Below, piece by piece: positions 49,989 to 60,035 of a stretch of 64,000 nucleotides of DNA. The notes under the pieces are model-generated. The model worked only from the letters and a program-made list of their open reading frames with translations. It had not been told where the DNA came from and did no database searches. Within the stretch, counting starts at the first letter, position 1. Every line of letters begins with the position of its first letter. The stretch spans positions 672,001-736,000 of the forward strand of contig JASGHG010000001.1 of assembly GCA_047602425.1 (NCBI GenBank). Reading direction: 5' to 3'. A program made the translations under genes and the position numbers. The stretch is from Nibricoccus sp. Lineage in GTDB: Bacteria; Verrucomicrobiota; Verrucomicrobiia; Opitutales; Opitutaceae.

Positions 49989-51149
49989 TCAGGTGACCTC
50001 CGTCATTCTGCGGTCCTGGCCTGACAACGCGCGTGGCCAGGAACGCTGGGTGTTGACGATTATTCCCACGAGAAGCCCCATGAGGAGTAGATTCGAAAGT
50101 CCCGCGCTGACGAACGGCAGCGACATGCCTTTCGTGGGAAAAATCCCCGTGACGACACCCAGGTTGATGATCGCCTGGATGCAGATGAGCAGCAAACAAC
50201 CAGTCACAAGAAGGAATTGGAAAAGGTTCGGCGCGCGACGCAGGTGGATGAGTCCTGCGACAAAAATGACCGCGAACAATCCCACCACCGCGAGCGTGAA
50301 GCACAATCCGAGTTCTTCGCCCATCACCGCAAAAATGAAGTCGGTATGAGCCTCGGGGAGGAAGTTGAGCTGCTGGCGCCCCTGCCCCAGCCCGACACCC
50401 GTGGTGCCGCCCGCGGCAAATGCCGCAAGCGATTGGTAAAGTTGATAAGTGCCTGCGCTCTTGTTGCCTTCAACGTCGAGGAAGGCCACAAAACGGCGCA
50501 AGCGATTTGGATTGTGAATGACCAGCACCGCAAACACCACCGCGGCCGAGGCCACTGTCGGCAAAATGTACCGCCAATGCGCGCCGGCGAGAAACAGGAG
50601 AATCAGGCCGATCGAAAGAATCAGCGCCGCCGTGCCAAAGTCGGGTTCGAGAATAACCAGTCCCGCAAAAGCTCCGACTATAACCAGCGGATAGATATAG
50701 CCACGCTTCAACTCGTGAATTTTCGTCTGATTGATCGCCAGGTAGTGTGCGAGGCAGAACACCATCGCGAGCTTGGCGAACTCCGAAACCTGCAATCGGA
50801 GCGACCCATAGCCAAGCCAGCGACGGCTGCCTTTCACGGAAATTCCCAGATGCGGAACCAAAACCAGCGCGAGCAACACGAGCGAGACAATGCCAATCGG
50901 CCACACGTGCTTACGCAGCGACTCAAGATCGACGCGGCTCACCACAAAGGCCAGCACCGTGGCCAACACAAGGCCTATCACCTGTTTGTTCAGATAGTAG
51001 TATGGCCCCTGCTTAAACCATGCACTAGCACTAAACAAGGTGATGAGCCCGAGGATGGCCAGGCCGATCACGCACACCACGATCACCGCGGCGGGATTGA
51101 TCTGAAACCGTCCACGAGGTTGCTCCTCGGTCAGGGTGATGCTGGTCAT
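49989..51149 (-). CDS. ftsW: SEDS glycosyltransferase FtsW
   Basis: GSRRW, QVSEFAK, EPDFGT, LPEAHTDFIF, GEELG, PTKGMSLPFVS.G. Confidence 0.95.
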   Translation of the reverse strand: MTSITLTEEQPRGRFQINPAAVIVVCVIGLAILGLITLFSASAWFKQGPYYYLNKQVIGLVLATVLAFVVSRVDLESLRKHVWPIGIVSLVLLALVLVPHLGISVKGSRRWLGYGSLRLQVSEFAKLAMVFCLAHYLAINQTKIHELKRGYIYPLVIVGAFAGLVILEPDFGTAALILSIGLILLFLAGAHWRYILPTVASAAVVFAVLVIHNPNRLRRFVAFLDVEGNKSAGTYQLYQSLAAFAAGGTTGVGLGQGRQQLNFLPEAHTDFIFAVMGEELGLCFTLAVVGLFAVIFVAGLIHLRRAPNLFQFLLVTGCLLLICIQAIINLGVVTGIFPTKGMSLPFVSAGLSNLLLMGLLVGIIVNTQRSWPRALSGQDRRMTEVT

Positions 51150-51173
51150 CGGCGTGGGATCGTCGTGTTGAAA

Positions 51174-52238
51174 TTACGGATTCGGAGCAACGGGCGTGAC
51201 AGGGGTGGATTCCTCCACTTTCACGACCGGCGGCGCTTCGGCCGGCGCCACAGGGCTCGCCTCGGAGGCGGGCGGCGGAGTGACGGGATTCTCAACCGGC
51301 GTGGCCGGAGCCACCGGCGTCTGTTCGGCCGGCGGAGTCACCGCGGGTTCCGCAGCTCCCGGCGTTTTCACACCGGGAATGATCAATTTCTGGCCAGCAC
51401 GAATATTTTTTGGATCAGAAATCTGGTTCGCAAAGGCGATTTCGCGCTGCGGCACGCCGTACTTACGCGCAATTTGCTGAAGGCCTTCGCCGGGCAACAC
51501 GATGTGTTCGACGCTGCCGGTGGGCGCGGCCACCGTTGAACTTGGAACAACCGGCGGCGCAGAGACCGTCGACGCGGTGGAGCCCGCACTCTTTCCAGAA
51601 GCCGGAAGAACGAGTTCCTGGCCGGCGCGCACGGTGTCGCTTTTGAGATCGGGATTGAGCGAACGAATATCCGCCACCGTGGTGCCCTGCTTGCGGGCAA
51701 TCACGCCCAGCGAATCGCCCGCCTTCACCGTGTACATACGAGTGCCGGAAGGCGCCGCACCTGCTTTGGGGGACTTACCGGGGACGATCAGCTTCTGACC
51801 GACCTTGAGCGGCGTGTTCGGACGCAGACCATTGGCCTTGGCAAGGTCTTCAACGCCCAAACCGTGCTTTTTCGCAATCTTCCAGAGGCTGTCGTTGGGT
51901 TGGACTTTGTAGGTGGAGGCTGGTGTCACACCGGTAACCTCGGAACTTTGCAGAACGCCGGCGGCGGAGGAGCCGGGCCGCGTCGGATTGTAACGCTGGC
52001 TGTTGAAGGATACCTGGGGCATTCCTTCGGGCGCGGGAGTTTCGGTGCCAGCCACCGCGCCAGCAGAATCGACCGGAGCGCCGGGATAGCTCACGCTGGG
52101 TGCGGCCGTGCCGGTTTCCGGCGCGGGCTCCTTGGGAGCGGGACGCGATTTGGTGCTGCACCCCGGAATCGCGAAGACGAACATGAAGACGGCGGCATGG
52201 ACGGCCACGACAACGCCGAATATTTTCAGGATTTTCAT
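51174..52238 (-). CDS. Membrane-anchored or lipoprotein with three LysM domains
   Basis: N-terminal hydrophobic segment ending IPGC; YKVQPNDSLWKIA, YTVKAGDSLGVIA, HIVLPGEGLQQIA; Pro/Ala-rich linkers. Confidence 0.9.
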   Translation of the reverse strand: MKILKIFGVVVAVHAAVFMFVFAIPGCSTKSRPAPKEPAPETGTAAPSVSYPGAPVDSAGAVAGTETPAPEGMPQVSFNSQRYNPTRPGSSAAGVLQSSEVTGVTPASTYKVQPNDSLWKIAKKHGLGVEDLAKANGLRPNTPLKVGQKLIVPGKSPKAGAAPSGTRMYTVKAGDSLGVIARKQGTTVADIRSLNPDLKSDTVRAGQELVLPASGKSAGSTASTVSAPPVVPSSTVAAPTGSVEHIVLPGEGLQQIARKYGVPQREIAFANQISDPKNIRAGQKLIIPGVKTPGAAEPAVTPPAEQTPVAPATPVENPVTPPPASEASPVAPAEAPPVVKVEESTPVTPVAPNP

Positions 52239-52269
52239 AGGCAGGTTTTGGGTTTAAAAATTGGTTCGT

Positions 52270-53568
52270 TTATTTTTTGGCTGGCGGCTGTGCGCCGAGC
52301 GACCTTACCAGCTGTTCAAACTGGTCGCCCCGATCTTCGTAGCTCTTGAACATGTCGAAACTCGCAAAGCCCGGGCTGAGCAGCACGTTGTCGCCTTCGG
52401 CGGCTTGGTCGGCGGCTTTTTGCACCGCGTATTCAAGTGTCGCGCAGACCGTGTGCGGCACCTGCCGGCCAGCGAAGGCCTCGGCCAGAGCATGCTTCGT
52501 TTCACCGATAAGGAAAGCGTGTTTTATCCGCGGCGCAATCCGCCCTGCGAAACTCGCAATGTCTCCACCCTTTGCGCGGCCTCCCAGAATGATCAGAACT
52601 GGCGCGGCGAAGCCCCCCAGTGCCGCTTCCACCGCGTGGAAGTTCGTGGCCTTCGAGTCGTTCCAAAAGGTCACACCTTTGCGCTGGCCCACGCTCGCGA
52701 GGCGGTGCCGCCCCAGTCGGAAGCTTTGCGCCGCCGCGTAAAGTGTCGTTTCCGGCAGCCCCGCGTGGCGCCACCAAGCGGCCGCCAGGATAAAGTTTTC
52801 GCGCTGCGGGTAATGTTCGAAAATCGTTCCGCTCAACAAAATGTCCGCCGGCTGGTCCTCCGTGGGCACGCAGGCGTCGGGCGGCAGCGTGCGGCCGATG
52901 CCCACGGCATACCTCTGAACCGAACTACCAACAAGAACCACGCCGCCCACCGTGCGATCCAGCAGGCGCCATTTTGCGTCAAAGTATCCGCGCATTCCGG
53001 GATGCCGTTCAAGATGGTCCTCCGCGAAATTGGTCCAGAGCGTGGAATCCGCCCGGAAATGCATGAAGGTCTCCGACTGGAACGAACTGACTTCGCATAC
53101 GGCCACATCGTCGAATACGCCTCCGGAGTGGTCCGAAACCAGCTGCGAGAAGGAATGACCCACGTTGCCCGTCGCGTAGGCTTCGCGCTTTGCCTGTCGC
53201 AGAGCATGGGTCAAAAACTCGGTCAACGTCGTTTTACCATTGGTGCCCGTGACGGCCACCACCGTACCGCGCCAGAAAAGCGCGGCAAAATCGAGTTCGC
53301 CGAGGCAGAGACAGCCGCAAGTCCGCGCGGTCACCAGCCAGCGATGGTCGGGCGGGAAACCGGGGCTGAAAACCACCAGCCGATGCGCCGCCGCATCCGT
53401 CGGGGTGAAGGTGTTGCGCGCGCCTTGCTGTTTCTCGTCGAAGAGCACGCCTGTGGCCTCGATCTTTTCCAGCAGGCCAAGCACCGCGCGGCCGCTCACG
53501 CCTCCACCCAGCACGGCCACCGGGTATCCGAGAAGTGGATTCAAAATTTCTGGAATGCGAAGTGCCAT
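52270..53568 (-). CDS. murD: UDP-MurNAc-L-Ala--D-Glu ligase MurD
   Basis: GGGVSG, VTGTNGKTT, EVSSFQ, DHLERH, NDSKATN, LLSPGFASFDMF..YEDRG; ATG overlaps the mraY stop (TGATG). Confidence 0.96.
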   Translation of the reverse strand: MALRIPEILNPLLGYPVAVLGGGVSGRAVLGLLEKIEATGVLFDEKQQGARNTFTPTDAAAHRLVVFSPGFPPDHRWLVTARTCGCLCLGELDFAALFWRGTVVAVTGTNGKTTLTEFLTHALRQAKREAYATGNVGHSFSQLVSDHSGGVFDDVAVCEVSSFQSETFMHFRADSTLWTNFAEDHLERHPGMRGYFDAKWRLLDRTVGGVVLVGSSVQRYAVGIGRTLPPDACVPTEDQPADILLSGTIFEHYPQRENFILAAAWWRHAGLPETTLYAAAQSFRLGRHRLASVGQRKGVTFWNDSKATNFHAVEAALGGFAAPVLIILGGRAKGGDIASFAGRIAPRIKHAFLIGETKHALAEAFAGRQVPHTVCATLEYAVQKAADQAAEGDNVLLSPGFASFDMFKSYEDRGDQFEQLVRSLGAQPPAKK

Positions 53569-54680
53569 CAGCGGAGTTTGAGTGTCGCGAGCCCGGCCAG
53601 GGCGCACATGAGGGAAATGATCCAGAAACGGGCCACGACTTTTGTCTCGGGCCAGCCCATCTTTTGGAAATGGTGGTGAATCGGCGCCATTTTGAAAAAG
53701 CGCCGGCCTTCGCCAAAACGGCGGCGCGTGTATTTGAAATATCCAACCTGCATCATCACCGATAACGCCTCCGCGACAAATACGCCGCCGACGAGCACCA
53801 GGGTCAGGGGTTGTTGCACCATGAAAGCGATCATGCCGATCAAACCTCCCAGAGCCAAAGATCCCGTATCGCCCATGAACACTTCCGCCGGATACGAATT
53901 GAACCAGAGAAACGAAACGCCGCCGCCCACGATCGCGCCGCAGATCACCGCGAGTTCGTTGGTGCCGGGCACATAGCTGATCAGCAGATAGTCCGCGATG
54001 CGTGAATTGCCCGACGCATAAGCCATGAGTCCGTAAACAAGCGCCACGGTGATGGTGCAGCCGACCGCCAAGCCGTCGAGGCCATCGGTGAGGTTGATGG
54101 CGTTGCTGAAACCCACCAGCCAGAAAAACACCATCAGGAACAGCATCCCCAACGGCATCGAGACAAGCACGGGGTGCTTCATGAACGGCACCCAGAGTTC
54201 ACGAATTTTCGCCGCGCTTTTCGGATCCAGCATAAGCAGGCCGATCGCGCACAACGTGATCGCCGTCTGCCAGAACATTTTTTCCCTCGAAGAAATGCCG
54301 TCGCGGCTCTTGCGCACCACCTTCAGGTAATCGTCGCGAAAGCCGACGGCCGTCAGGCATGCATAGACAAACATGGCAACGAAAACCCATACGTTGGGTT
54401 TCGCCCAAAGCGCAGTGCTCAGAAAAACCGAACCAAAGATCAGAAGCCCGCCCATGGTCGGCGTATTCTTCTTGTCGAACTTTGTCGCCAGATCGCCCGT
54501 GCGGTCGTCGTCGTAGTGCTGGCCGAATTTCAGGACCTTCAATTTGTGAATCACCCATGGCCCGAGAATAAATCCGATCACGGTCGCCGTGATGATCGCC
54601 ATGAGCATGCGAAAGCTGTGGTACTGCAGCAAACGCAGGAACCCATAATGTTCTTCAAAGTTGGCGAGATAACTGAGCAT
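53568..54680 (-). CDS. mraY: Phospho-MurNAc-pentapeptide transferase MraY
   Basis: KKNTPTMGG, DDYLK, NAINLTDGLDGLA, FMGDTGSLALG, MAPIHHHF. Confidence 0.98.
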   Translation of the reverse strand: MLSYLANFEEHYGFLRLLQYHSFRMLMAIITATVIGFILGPWVIHKLKVLKFGQHYDDDRTGDLATKFDKKNTPTMGGLLIFGSVFLSTALWAKPNVWVFVAMFVYACLTAVGFRDDYLKVVRKSRDGISSREKMFWQTAITLCAIGLLMLDPKSAAKIRELWVPFMKHPVLVSMPLGMLFLMVFFWLVGFSNAINLTDGLDGLAVGCTITVALVYGLMAYASGNSRIADYLLISYVPGTNELAVICGAIVGGGVSFLWFNSYPAEVFMGDTGSLALGGLIGMIAFMVQQPLTLVLVGGVFVAEALSVMMQVGYFKYTRRRFGEGRRFFKMAPIHHHFQKMGWPETKVVARFWIISLMCALAGLATLKLR

Positions 54681-54689
54681 CGAAATTTT

Positions 54690-56205
54690 TTATAGAAAGA
54701 AAGGGGAATGACTCTGGCGGACAGTGCGCGCTGCGCTTGGTGCCGGGAAATGCCAGCCTGATGGCAAGACCGAGCAGCTGTACCCGGCCGAGAACGCACT
54801 GAAAGGCGAACCGTGCCCCTTGCCACCACCGCCGGAGGATGGGAAAGATTTCGCCGACGGAGCTAAAACTTTTTCCAACCCGTAACGACGGCTGCCTTTG
54901 ACAAACACCGCACCACGAAAGGCGGCAATGGCCCCGGCCACCGGTTCCAAAACATCCACACATTTGATCCGCTCGGACCGGCACGCCGGCTTCGATCGCT
55001 CCTGCAAGCACCGAGCCCGCCTCGCTGCCGATCACAAAAGCCCGATCCTGCTCTCGCAATTGCAACGAACGACCCAACTCGCGGTGGTAACCAGGTGCAT
55101 CCGGTCCGAGTTCCTCCATGCAACCGAGGACAAACAATCGCGGTTCGTCCACTGGTGCGATGGCATAAAAAGTTTCAAGCGCGTCCGCCATCGAAGCGGG
55201 ACTCGCGTTGTAGAGATCGAGATAAAGCATCCGCGAACCGTCGCGACGGAACTCGCCCCGCCACTTGGCCGCCTGCCAGTTTTCCAGCGCCTGCTGGATC
55301 GCGGTATCTTTCACGCCCAACTCCGTGGCGAGCACGATGGCGAGCGCGGCGTTTTGAGCCATGCCACGAGTCACGCGGCGAAAACGAAAAACGCGCTGTC
55401 CGATCGCAAGCTCGGTGCCATTTTCGCCAAACGAAACTTTGTAACTCACCACGCGCGACGCCGCGGGCTCCGCACCAGCCGGCGCAACCACGATGCTCGT
55501 CTGCGGCAAATCGCGGAACGGCGGAAAATCCCAGCATTGCTTCGGGAAAACCGCCAGCCCACCCGGCCGCACATATTGCAATAAAACGGATTTCTCGCGT
55601 GCCACACCATTCAACCCACCTAATTCCTGTGTGTGGGCCGGTGCCACGAGTGTAATGACCCCATGGTCGGGCAAAATCATTTCGGCCAGCTCCTTCATTT
55701 CGCCCGGCCCGCTGATTCCCGCCTCGATCACCGCGTATTCGTGCTGGCTCGGCACGAGTTTCGTGAGCGTGAGCGGCACGCCCAGGTGATTGTTGAGATT
55801 TCCCTCGGTCGCGAGCACGCGTTCGTCACCGCCGAGCAATTGCGCGAGCAAATTTTTCGTCGAGGTTTTTCCACAACTACCGGAAACACCCACAACGGTT
55901 CCGCGAAACTGTTTGCGATGCTCCCGGGCGATCGCCTGAAATGCCTTCAATGTGTCCTCGACTACCAGCTGTGGAAGGATCAGCGAAGGATTCGGCTTGC
56001 TGACAATCGCCGCGCTCGCACCGGCGGCCAGCGCCGTCTCCAAAAAATCGTGGCCGTCGCGCTTGTCGGTCTTCAGCGCGACAAAGACCTGTCCCTGCTT
56101 CAACTGCCGCGTGTCCTGCGTAAACCCACACAACGGCGAAACCGGCGCCGACAGCCAGTGGCCACCGGTCCAATTCGCGAGATAAGTGGGTGCAAACGAG
56201 AACAC
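54690..56205 (-). CDS. murF: MurF ligase with an apparent +1 frameshift near 54977
   Basis: DTR, DGHDF, GSCGKTSTK, GNLNNHLGVP, YNASPASM, LGCMEELG in the track ORF. The conserved terminal VFVKGSRRYGLEKV is in the neighbouring frame (ORF 54690-55007). Confidence 0.92.
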
Positions 56206-56228
56206 GGAGATTTTTTATAGTTCGGCTT

Positions 56229-57821
56229 TTAGCTTTGATTTTTCAGGGTCTTGATGCCGATAAGTTCGCGCACGACCTGCCGGTCATCAAACGGGATCAC
56301 TGTATCGGCAAATTCCTGGTAGGATTCGTGGCCTTTGCCGGCGATGAGCAGGCAATCGCCTGGACCGGCGGCGTCGAGCGCCAGGCTGATCGCGCGCCGG
56401 CGATCTTCGATCCACGTGATTTTTTCCGGCGCCGTCACACCGATCTTCATGTCGGCAAAAATCTGGCTGAGCGCCTCGCCGCGGGGGTTGTCCGCCGTCG
56501 CAAAAGCATGGTCCGCGAAAGCCTGCACAGCCTTCGTCATAAGCGGGCGTTTGGCCCGGTCGCGATTGCCGCCACAACCATATACTACAAACAATTTTCC
56601 GGGTGTGATCGTCCGCAGCATCCCGAGCGCGTTGCGCAACGCGTCGTCGGTGTGCGCATAATCGACCAACACGTTGAACGGCTGGCCTTCCTCGATGCGC
56701 TCCATGCGCCCGGCCACGCCTTTGAAGTTTTTCAAACGCGGCAGGAATACCACCGGATCGCGACCCAGCGCCCATGCCGTCGCAATCGCGGCGAGGACAT
56801 TGCTCACGTTGTAACGACCGATCATCGGACTATCGACCATCATCGTGCCGCCCGGCCAGACCAACTTGAAGGTGGTGTTCTTGAAATTCAGCGCCACTTC
56901 CTCAGCCCGCACCTGAGCGCGCGGATTTTCGCCGTAAGTCACAAGTTGCATGCGTTCCGAAACCATTGTCGCCAGTTTCTCACCGTGCGCATCATCGAGG
57001 TTCACGACGCCGATCTTTGGTTCCGTGCCGCTTCGGCCGGTGAAGAAGCGCGATTTCACCTCGAAATACGCATCGAGCGTCTTGTGATAGTCGAGGTGAT
57101 CCTGTGTCAGATTCGTGAATACAGCGGCGGCAAACTGCATGCCGAGCACGCGTTGCTGATCGATGCCGTGCGAACTGACCTCCATCACCGCCTGCCGGCA
57201 ACCCGCGTCGCGCATCTGGGCGAGCATGCCGTAAATATCCACCGACTCAGGCGTGGTCTTGAAAGATGGAACCGTGCGCGTGCCGAGATCGTAGTTGATC
57301 GTGCCAAGCAAACCGACGCGCTGATCGTCATTGAGGAAATGTTTCACCAGATGCGTGACGGTGGTTTTGCCATTGGTGCCAGTCACGCCCACGACCGCCA
57401 TGTCGCGATCAGGAAAACGATAGAAACGTTGCGCCACGCGCGCGAGCATCGCCCGCGGATCGGTAACTTGGATAAAAGTGACTTTGCCCGGCGCGTGCAT
57501 CGGTAGTTTCGCCGTCACTACAGCCACCGCGCCGCGATTGATTGCCTCGTCGATGAAACCGGCACCGTCGGTGCGGAGGCCCGGCATCGCAAAAAACAAA
57601 GTGCCAGGAACAACCCGACGGCTATCCATCACGATACCGGAGATGGGAAGGTCGAGATTGCCCTTGTGGGCGACGATTTCGCCGTCGCGGAAGAAGTCGG
57701 ATATTTTGGGTGCCATTTTGAATACGCGCTGTTCGATAGCGCCGCGTTTTTTGCTCCTGCCCATGGTCCTCGTCTGAAACGCGTCGATCAGAACGTGATT
57801 TTGAGTAAGATAACCGATCAT
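56229..57821 (-). CDS. murE: MurE ligase (meso-DAP-type)
   Basis: DSRRV, GVTGTNGKTT, TTPES, MEVSSHG, FTNLTQDHLDYH, VDYAHT, GCGGNRD, DNPR specificity motif, AGKGHE; ATG overlaps the ftsI stop (ATGA). Confidence 0.97.
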   Translation of the reverse strand: MIGYLTQNHVLIDAFQTRTMGRSKKRGAIEQRVFKMAPKISDFFRDGEIVAHKGNLDLPISGIVMDSRRVVPGTLFFAMPGLRTDGAGFIDEAINRGAVAVVTAKLPMHAPGKVTFIQVTDPRAMLARVAQRFYRFPDRDMAVVGVTGTNGKTTVTHLVKHFLNDDQRVGLLGTINYDLGTRTVPSFKTTPESVDIYGMLAQMRDAGCRQAVMEVSSHGIDQQRVLGMQFAAAVFTNLTQDHLDYHKTLDAYFEVKSRFFTGRSGTEPKIGVVNLDDAHGEKLATMVSERMQLVTYGENPRAQVRAEEVALNFKNTTFKLVWPGGTMMVDSPMIGRYNVSNVLAAIATAWALGRDPVVFLPRLKNFKGVAGRMERIEEGQPFNVLVDYAHTDDALRNALGMLRTITPGKLFVVYGCGGNRDRAKRPLMTKAVQAFADHAFATADNPRGEALSQIFADMKIGVTAPEKITWIEDRRRAISLALDAAGPGDCLLIAGKGHESYQEFADTVIPFDDRQVVRELIGIKTLKNQS

Positions 57822-59617
57822 AGACGTCCCCCCAAGGCCGCGATGGGCCGGTTGTAATCCATGACCGGCTTGATATCGAGATACTGGATCAGCTGTTCGC
57901 CAATCCGTTTGAAACTGGGGGCGGCGACCAATGCGCCCGAGGCCATGCCGCCTGTTGGCAGATGGCCGTCGTCGACGATGACAGAAATCAAAACCTGTGG
58001 CCGGCTCGCCGGGAAAAAGCCCACAAACGAACCCACGTGATGCGTACTAGAATATTGTCCGTTGATCAGTTTCTGCGCCGTGCCGGTTTTGCCGGCGACT
58101 TCATAGTTCGGTATCGCCGCGTCCCGCGCCGTGCCTTCGATCGATGCCACTTTGGTCAACAAAACAGCCATCGTCTCCGCAGTGGCCGCGGAAATCACCC
58201 GACCGCGCGACGTCGGGTCGAAACGGTAGACGCGCTCGCCCCGGGAATCCTTTACCTCCCGGATGATCTGGGGACGCATCAGCAGACCGCCACTCGCCAC
58301 CACACCCATGGCGTAGTGAATCTGCAACGGCGTGGCCGCGACCGACTGCCCCATCGGCATGCGCGTGATGGTAAGCCCATCCCACTTGTTGGGCGGAGCG
58401 ATTTCGCCGTCGATCTCGCCTGGAATGGGGAACCCGGTCTTTTCGCCAAAACCAAACTTGCGCGCGTAGTCATAGAAACGTTGTTCGCCGAGCAGCATGG
58501 CCAGCTGGGCGGCGCCCTTGTTGCTGGAGTGGCTGACAATTTCGCCCACCGACAAAATCGGATTTGCAAAAGGATGCGACTCGCGCGGCAAACCGCGAAC
58601 CTTGCCCCTGTAGTCGATTTGGGAGAGGCCGCAGTCGAATTTGGTGGTCGGCGTGACGAGCTGCTCGTTCAACGCGGCGCTTGCCGCCACAATTTTGAAG
58701 GTGGAGCCGGGTTCCAACTGGTCGCAGATTGCGATGTTACGCTGCGCGGAAAGTTCGGCCTTGTTGAATTCGTTGAGGTTGAACGTCGGGTAATTTGCCA
58801 TCGCCAGCACGAACCCCGTGCTCGGTTCGGAGACGATGATGGTGACCTTCTGGGGGGTGAACTTCTTCACGATTTCATCCACTTCCCGTTCAACCATGTG
58901 TTGAACCGCCGAATCAATGCTAAGAACTAAATTAAAACCATTGGTCGCCGGTACTTCGCGCGTGCGGAATTGCGCCATTTCGCGCTGGCGTCCGTCCTTC
59001 TCCGATTCGCGCCAGCCATCCTGGCCGCGCAGGTAAAAATCCGCATAGCTTTCGATGCCGGCCGCCGGAGCTCCCTCCTTGTTCACGTAACCAACGATAT
59101 GCGCCGCGAGTTGATTCTGGGGATAGGTTCGGCAATAAGTGCGCTCGCCGTAGACGCCTTTTACCTTCAGCGCCATTATCTTTTCGTAGTTTTCCTCAGT
59201 GACATTTTCGTTGAGCTTCGCCCAGCGAATATCGCGCTCCTCCTCAGTCTGGTCATCCGGCGAGGGCTGACGGACTTTGGTACACATGATTTTTTGGAGC
59301 TGTGCCAGCGGCAGGTCGAGCAACGCCGCCAGCTCCGGCCATTTCGCTTCGTCCTCCTTGCGCAGCACTTGGGGATCCACGCCGACCACCACAAGGGAAC
59401 GGCTTGTTGCAAGGACGTTCCCGCGTGTATCCAAAATATCACCACGGCGGCCTTTTTCCGGAATGATCTGCCGGCGGGCCTTGTCGATATAACGGACAAG
59501 CTGATCGCGATCGATCACATGCAAAAAGAAAAGGCGCACCCCCACCCCGCCCAAGCATACGAAAATGCCTGCGGCGAGCACCACTATCCGGTAGTTGGAG
59601 GCAAAACCTTTCGACAT
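57818..59617 (-). CDS. ftsI: Class B penicillin-binding protein FtsI/PBP3
   Basis: RGDILD, R.YP, EPGSTFK (SxxK), SSN (SxN), GKTGTAQK; position in the dcw cluster. Confidence 0.94.
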   Translation of the reverse strand: MSKGFASNYRIVVLAAGIFVCLGGVGVRLFFLHVIDRDQLVRYIDKARRQIIPEKGRRGDILDTRGNVLATSRSLVVVGVDPQVLRKEDEAKWPELAALLDLPLAQLQKIMCTKVRQPSPDDQTEEERDIRWAKLNENVTEENYEKIMALKVKGVYGERTYCRTYPQNQLAAHIVGYVNKEGAPAAGIESYADFYLRGQDGWRESEKDGRQREMAQFRTREVPATNGFNLVLSIDSAVQHMVEREVDEIVKKFTPQKVTIIVSEPSTGFVLAMANYPTFNLNEFNKAELSAQRNIAICDQLEPGSTFKIVAASAALNEQLVTPTTKFDCGLSQIDYRGKVRGLPRESHPFANPILSVGEIVSHSSNKGAAQLAMLLGEQRFYDYARKFGFGEKTGFPIPGEIDGEIAPPNKWDGLTITRMPMGQSVAATPLQIHYAMGVVASGGLLMRPQIIREVKDSRGERVYRFDPTSRGRVISAATAETMAVLLTKVASIEGTARDAAIPNYEVAGKTGTAQKLINGQYSSTHHVGSFVGFFPASRPQVLISVIVDDGHLPTGGMASGALVAAPSFKRIGEQLIQYLDIKPVMDYNRPIAALGGRL

Positions 59618-59621
59618 GATC

Positions 59622-60020
59622 TCAGTGCGTGGCTCCCAGGGCGAAGGTCACCGGCTGCACCGTTGTCTGAGGGTTGAAAATTTCCCGGTTGCGACGGGCA
59701 GCCAGACGCTCTTCCGGATTTTCACTGATGCGCACGATCTGCGTGCGGTAATCCGGAGAGGCCAGACCCAGACGCCATTCCTCGTTGCGTCGAAGGAGGG
59801 TTTCGGTGGATTGCTCGACACCAATCATCGCCGTTGTTTCGGCGAGGCGGCGTTCCACCTCCGCAGTACGGTACTCATAGGATTTGATGCTGTTAGCCGT
59901 CTGCGCCATTTGATTGCGCAGCCAGACCGTGCCGAGCCCGATTGAGCCGGTGAAGCAAATCATGACCAGAGTGTAAACGAGAAGCTGGTTCACGAAGGCG
60001 TTCCTGTCGTTTTTATGCAT
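59622..60020 (-). CDS. ftsL: FtsL-like cell division protein
   Basis: Short cytoplasmic N-terminus, one TM, coiled coil, ..LGL..P; located between rsmH and ftsI (largely a positional call). Confidence 0.65.
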   Translation of the reverse strand: MHKNDRNAFVNQLLVYTLVMICFTGSIGLGTVWLRNQMAQTANSIKSYEYRTAEVERRLAETTAMIGVEQSTETLLRRNEEWRLGLASPDYRTQIVRISENPEERLAARRNREIFNPQTTVQPVTFALGATH

Positions 60021-60035
60021 GGGGGTACGAAATGG

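Noticed and set aside
42381..58930. Long plus-strand ORFs across the dcw cluster (e.g. 42381-43487, 50217-51539, 52261-53679, 56190-57506)
   Set aside because: Antisense to well-supported core genes.
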